Source: Microcoleus sp.
GTDB lineage: Bacteria > Cyanobacteriota > Cyanobacteriia > Cyanobacteriales > Microcoleaceae
Length of the DNA: 64,000 bases
NCBI GenBank assembly: GCA_042408215.1
Contig: JAYFMW010000006.1
Location: 352,001 to 416,000, forward strand
Direction of reading: 5' to 3'
Below the pieces are notes generated by a model that saw only the letters and a list, made by a program, of their open reading frames with translations, had not been told where the DNA came from and did not search any database. Shown one piece after another: positions 61,514 through 64,000 of the stretch; positions within the stretch are counted from its first letter, which is position 1, and each line of letters opens with the position of its first letter. The position numbers and the translations under genes were made by a program.

Positions 61514-62344
61514 ATGAAAGCAACTAATAGCCGTCAATTTTCTTCTGTAGCCGCTCGAACACTAAAAGTAGTCGGAATTATCTTGATTCTCTCTGCTTTG
61601 CTTGACTGCATTGTTCTGTCGCTCCCTGGAGAAACGTCCGACATGATCAATCGAGGCTGGCAGTTGGCTGCTGCAACTCAAATAGTTGACCGGGGCATTA
61701 TTCCTTTAATGGGTATCGCCCTGCTTTTGACTGGCTTTTGGGTGGACAGCAGCACAGGAGTCTCTATTGAGAGGCGCAATTTTTGGCTTGACTTGCGATT
61801 CTGGGCGCTTTTGATTTCCAGCTTGTTAGGGCTAATTTACCTCTTGCTGGTTCCCGTTCACCTCAACAATACTCGTTTGGAACTCAAGGATGCCCTTGTT
61901 CAAGTCGATAGAGAAGCGGGACAAGCTGAGGGTCAACTTGAGGCGCAAATGAAAAGCGAGCAATTCAAAACTCAGATAGAACAACTCAAAAGCCAGCGCC
62001 GCAGCGAGATATCGGCGCTGCTGCAAGACGAGGGAAAAATGGCACAAGCACTCAAGAGTCCAGAGGTTCCCAAGGAATTGAAAGCTGTGCTTCAAGAGTC
62101 GAAAAATGACCCGAAAGCCCTAGACAAATTTCTCGAACAGCAAGCCCAAGAACTGCCAAATCAAGCCCGGAACGAGATTCGCACCCGCAAGCAACAAAAA
62201 GAGAAAGAGTTGAGAACTCGATCGAGAAATTCTAGTTTGCAGACGGGAATCAGCAGTTTATTATTGGCGATCGGCTATATTACTGTTGGTTGGACTGGAT
62301 TGAGAAGTATGGGGATGCTGCGGTTCGGCCGCCGCAAAGCTTGA
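61514..62344 (+). CDS. hpsJ: Hormogonium polysaccharide biosynthesis membrane protein HpsJ-like
   Basis: ARTLKVVGIILIL, WQ..TQIVDRGIIPL.G, PVHLNN, coiled coil, SLLLAIGY..GW.GL. Confidence 0.75.
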   Translation: MKATNSRQFSSVAARTLKVVGIILILSALLDCIVLSLPGETSDMINRGWQLAAATQIVDRGIIPLMGIALLLTGFWVDSSTGVSIERRNFWLDLRFWALLISSLLGLIYLLLVPVHLNNTRLELKDALVQVDREAGQAEGQLEAQMKSEQFKTQIEQLKSQRRSEISALLQDEGKMAQALKSPEVPKELKAVLQESKNDPKALDKFLEQQAQELPNQARNEIRTRKQQKEKELRTRSRNSSLQTGISSLLLAIGYITVGWTGLRSMGMLRFGRRKA

Positions 62345-62405
62345 CAGGCGAAAAGCGGGGAGCGCGCCGATCGAGACATCTCTGAGAAATACTTGATCTG
62401 CTGAA

Positions 62406-62509
62406 TATAGCAACCGCCGAGGCAGTTAGGAAGTTGTTAATTGCTGAAACCATTGATTTTCTTGCATTTCCCTTCTTCCTTCTTCCGACTTCCATCGAAC
62501 TTCTGCTAT
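62406..62509. mobile_element. MITE-like repeat, inverted relative of 8341-8446
   Basis: tatagcaacc..ttaattgctgaaaccattg..gacttc..gctata. Confidence 0.6.
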
Positions 62510-62534
62510 AGTTTGCCCTTACTAAAAGCTGGGA

Positions 62535-63431
62535 ATGTTCTCAATTTATATTCTGACTTACAACGAAGAGATTGATATCGCTGCTTGCATTGAATCGGCA
62601 CTGCTGTCAGACGATATCATTGTGGTTGATTCTTTCAGCAGCGATCGCACCCTTGAGATTGTTCAGAACTATCCCGTGCTCCGGGTACAGCATCCCTTTG
62701 AAACTCACGGGCGCCAGCGGACTTGGATGTTGCAAGAAGTCCCGTGCAAGTACGAATGGGTTTACATCCTCGAATCCGACGAGCGGATGACACCTGCACT
62801 GTTTGCTGAATGCTTAAAGGCGATCGAAAGTCAAGAATATATCGGCTATTACGTCGCTGAAAAAGTAATATTTATGGATCGCTGGATTCGCCGCAGCACT
62901 CAATTTCCCCGCTATCAAATGCGCCTGTTTCGCAAAGACCAAGTGTGGTTTACTGACTACGGTCACACCGAACGGGAAGTTTGCAACGGGCCTACTCACT
63001 TTCTGAAGGAAACCTACCCTCACTATACTTGCAGCAAAGGTCTTTCTCGCTGGATTGAAAAGCACAACCGCTACTCAACAGACGAGGCGGCTGAAACCCT
63101 CCGTCAATTAGAAGCCGGTCAAGTAAATTGGTGGGATTTATTGTTTGGCGCGTCGGAAGTGGAAAGGCGCCGAGCTTTGAAAGATTTTTCTTTGCGTTTA
63201 CCTTTGCGACCAGTCGTCCGCTTTTTCTATATGTATATTTTACTAGGCGGATTTCTCGACGGTCAAGCGGGATTAGCTTGGTGTACGCTGCAAGCTTTTT
63301 ATGAATATTTAATTTTGCTGAAAGTTTGGGAAATGAAGCATATGCCACTGCCAAATTTAGACGGTGCGAAAGAAGAATCTATTTCGGAAGTAGTAACAGT
63401 TGATTCGCCTAAAGTTTCATCGAATATCTAA
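62535..63431 (+). CDS. Glycosyltransferase family 2 (probably hps-locus associated)
   Basis: ILTYNEE, VVDSFSSDRT, ESDE, KHNRYS, GFLDG..G. Confidence 0.9.
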   Translation: MFSIYILTYNEEIDIAACIESALLSDDIIVVDSFSSDRTLEIVQNYPVLRVQHPFETHGRQRTWMLQEVPCKYEWVYILESDERMTPALFAECLKAIESQEYIGYYVAEKVIFMDRWIRRSTQFPRYQMRLFRKDQVWFTDYGHTEREVCNGPTHFLKETYPHYTCSKGLSRWIEKHNRYSTDEAAETLRQLEAGQVNWWDLLFGASEVERRRALKDFSLRLPLRPVVRFFYMYILLGGFLDGQAGLAWCTLQAFYEYLILLKVWEMKHMPLPNLDGAKEESISEVVTVDSPKVSSNI

Positions 63432-63433
63432 TA

Positions 63434-63478
63434 ATAGGTAATAGGTAATAGGTAATAGGTAATAGGTAATAGGTAATA
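63434..63478 (+). repeat. STRR (ATAGGTA)n
   Basis: Tandem heptamers. Confidence 0.9.
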
Positions 63479-63659
63479 CCAATTTAATGGGTCGTTGCAT
63501 ATATCTCGATCCCCCTCGCATCCCCCTTAATAAGGGAGTAGGGTGTGAGTAGGGGTTGACGAAAGAGCAGAATCTTGTTCCACACCCCCTACTCCCCTAC
63601 TCCCCTTATTAAGGGGGGTTAGGGGGGATCAGATTCTATGCAGCCTCATAAAAAACTGG
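63479..63659. mobile_element. MITE, near-identical to 52780-52939
   Basis: ccaatttaatgggtcgttgcatatatctcgatcccc...cctcataaaaaactgg. Confidence 0.85.
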
Positions 63660-63719
63660 TATTACGCCCTTGAAGCTGCTAGTAATAGTAGATCCGCTCT
63701 TCATCAGAATTATTCGTCT

Positions 63720-63784
63720 CTGCTATCTAAAACCCGGACTTTGCCGGACATTAGTTGACACTTCCTCGGGGAGCGACGGCGCAA
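63720..63784 (-). mobile_element. Right end / reRNA region of an IS607-like tnpB element
   Basis: Downstream of the tnpB stop; repeated GTCCGG motifs and terminal ..GTTTTAGATAGCAG similar to the 19052 end (..GTTTTTCAGAGCGG). Confidence 0.6.
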
Positions 63785-64000
63785 TTAACCCTCTGTGTCC
63801 AGACTCGGTTTAGCCACCCGAGCATATTGTGCTAAATTCACAGCAGCATTGAAATCTCGATCGGCCACAAATCCACAAGCAGAACACTCATAAACCCTAG
63901 CATTCAGAGACATGGGCTGTTGTTGACCGCAGTTAGAACATAACTGAGTTGATGGATACCAGCGTGATACTAAAACTACACAGGAACCATAGCGCTGTGC
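63785..64000 (-). CDS. tnpB: TnpB C-terminal part (runs off window)
   Basis: Manual translation ..YGSCVVLVSRWYPSTQLCSNCG..YECSACG..DRDFNAAVNL.. Confidence 0.9.
   Translation of the reverse strand, partial: AQRYGSCVVLVSRWYPSTQLCSNCGQQQPMSLNARVYECSACGFVADRDFNAAVNLAQYARVAKPSLDTEG

Noticed and set aside
1..64000. tRNA/rRNA genes, prophage, cas genes, tnpA
   Set aside because: None recognised by eye; tRNAscan/Infernal were not run, so small RNAs could be missed

Overview
Chromosomal window from a filamentous cyanobacterium. HIP1 octamers (GCGATCGC) are very frequent, and the heptamer STRR tracts plus psrp-3, hpsJ and SLH-porin genes suggest an Oscillatoriales/Microcoleus-like organism (inference). 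The backbone is housekeeping and envelope genes: hisH, cobM, lgt, rlmN, gmd/fcl, amidase, cobK, obgE, glmU, an MBOAT and a heptose adenylyltransferase. A dense mobile layer sits on top of it. (i) Five RNA-guided OMEGA nucleases with no transposase gene: an IscB whose RuvC-I Asp is replaced by Ala, inserted between gmd and fcl with its omega-RNA, and four TnpBs (one intact with a divergent RHH gene, two frameshifted, one cut by the window edge). (ii) An orphan TnpB-like right end and a degenerate two-repeat CRISPR-like unit. (iii) Nested MITE/REP families, several inserted in frame inside proteins (cobK, asparaginase, amidase, a sensor kinase). The best candidate for an undescribed system is a two-gene unit at 41074-47542: a 1423-aa UPF1-like SF1 helicase with an unusual N-terminus, followed by a winged-helix/PLD nuclease. 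It resembles Mokosh-type anti-phage systems but has no recognisable kinase. All calls are by eye from the sequence and the ORF track; no database searches were run.
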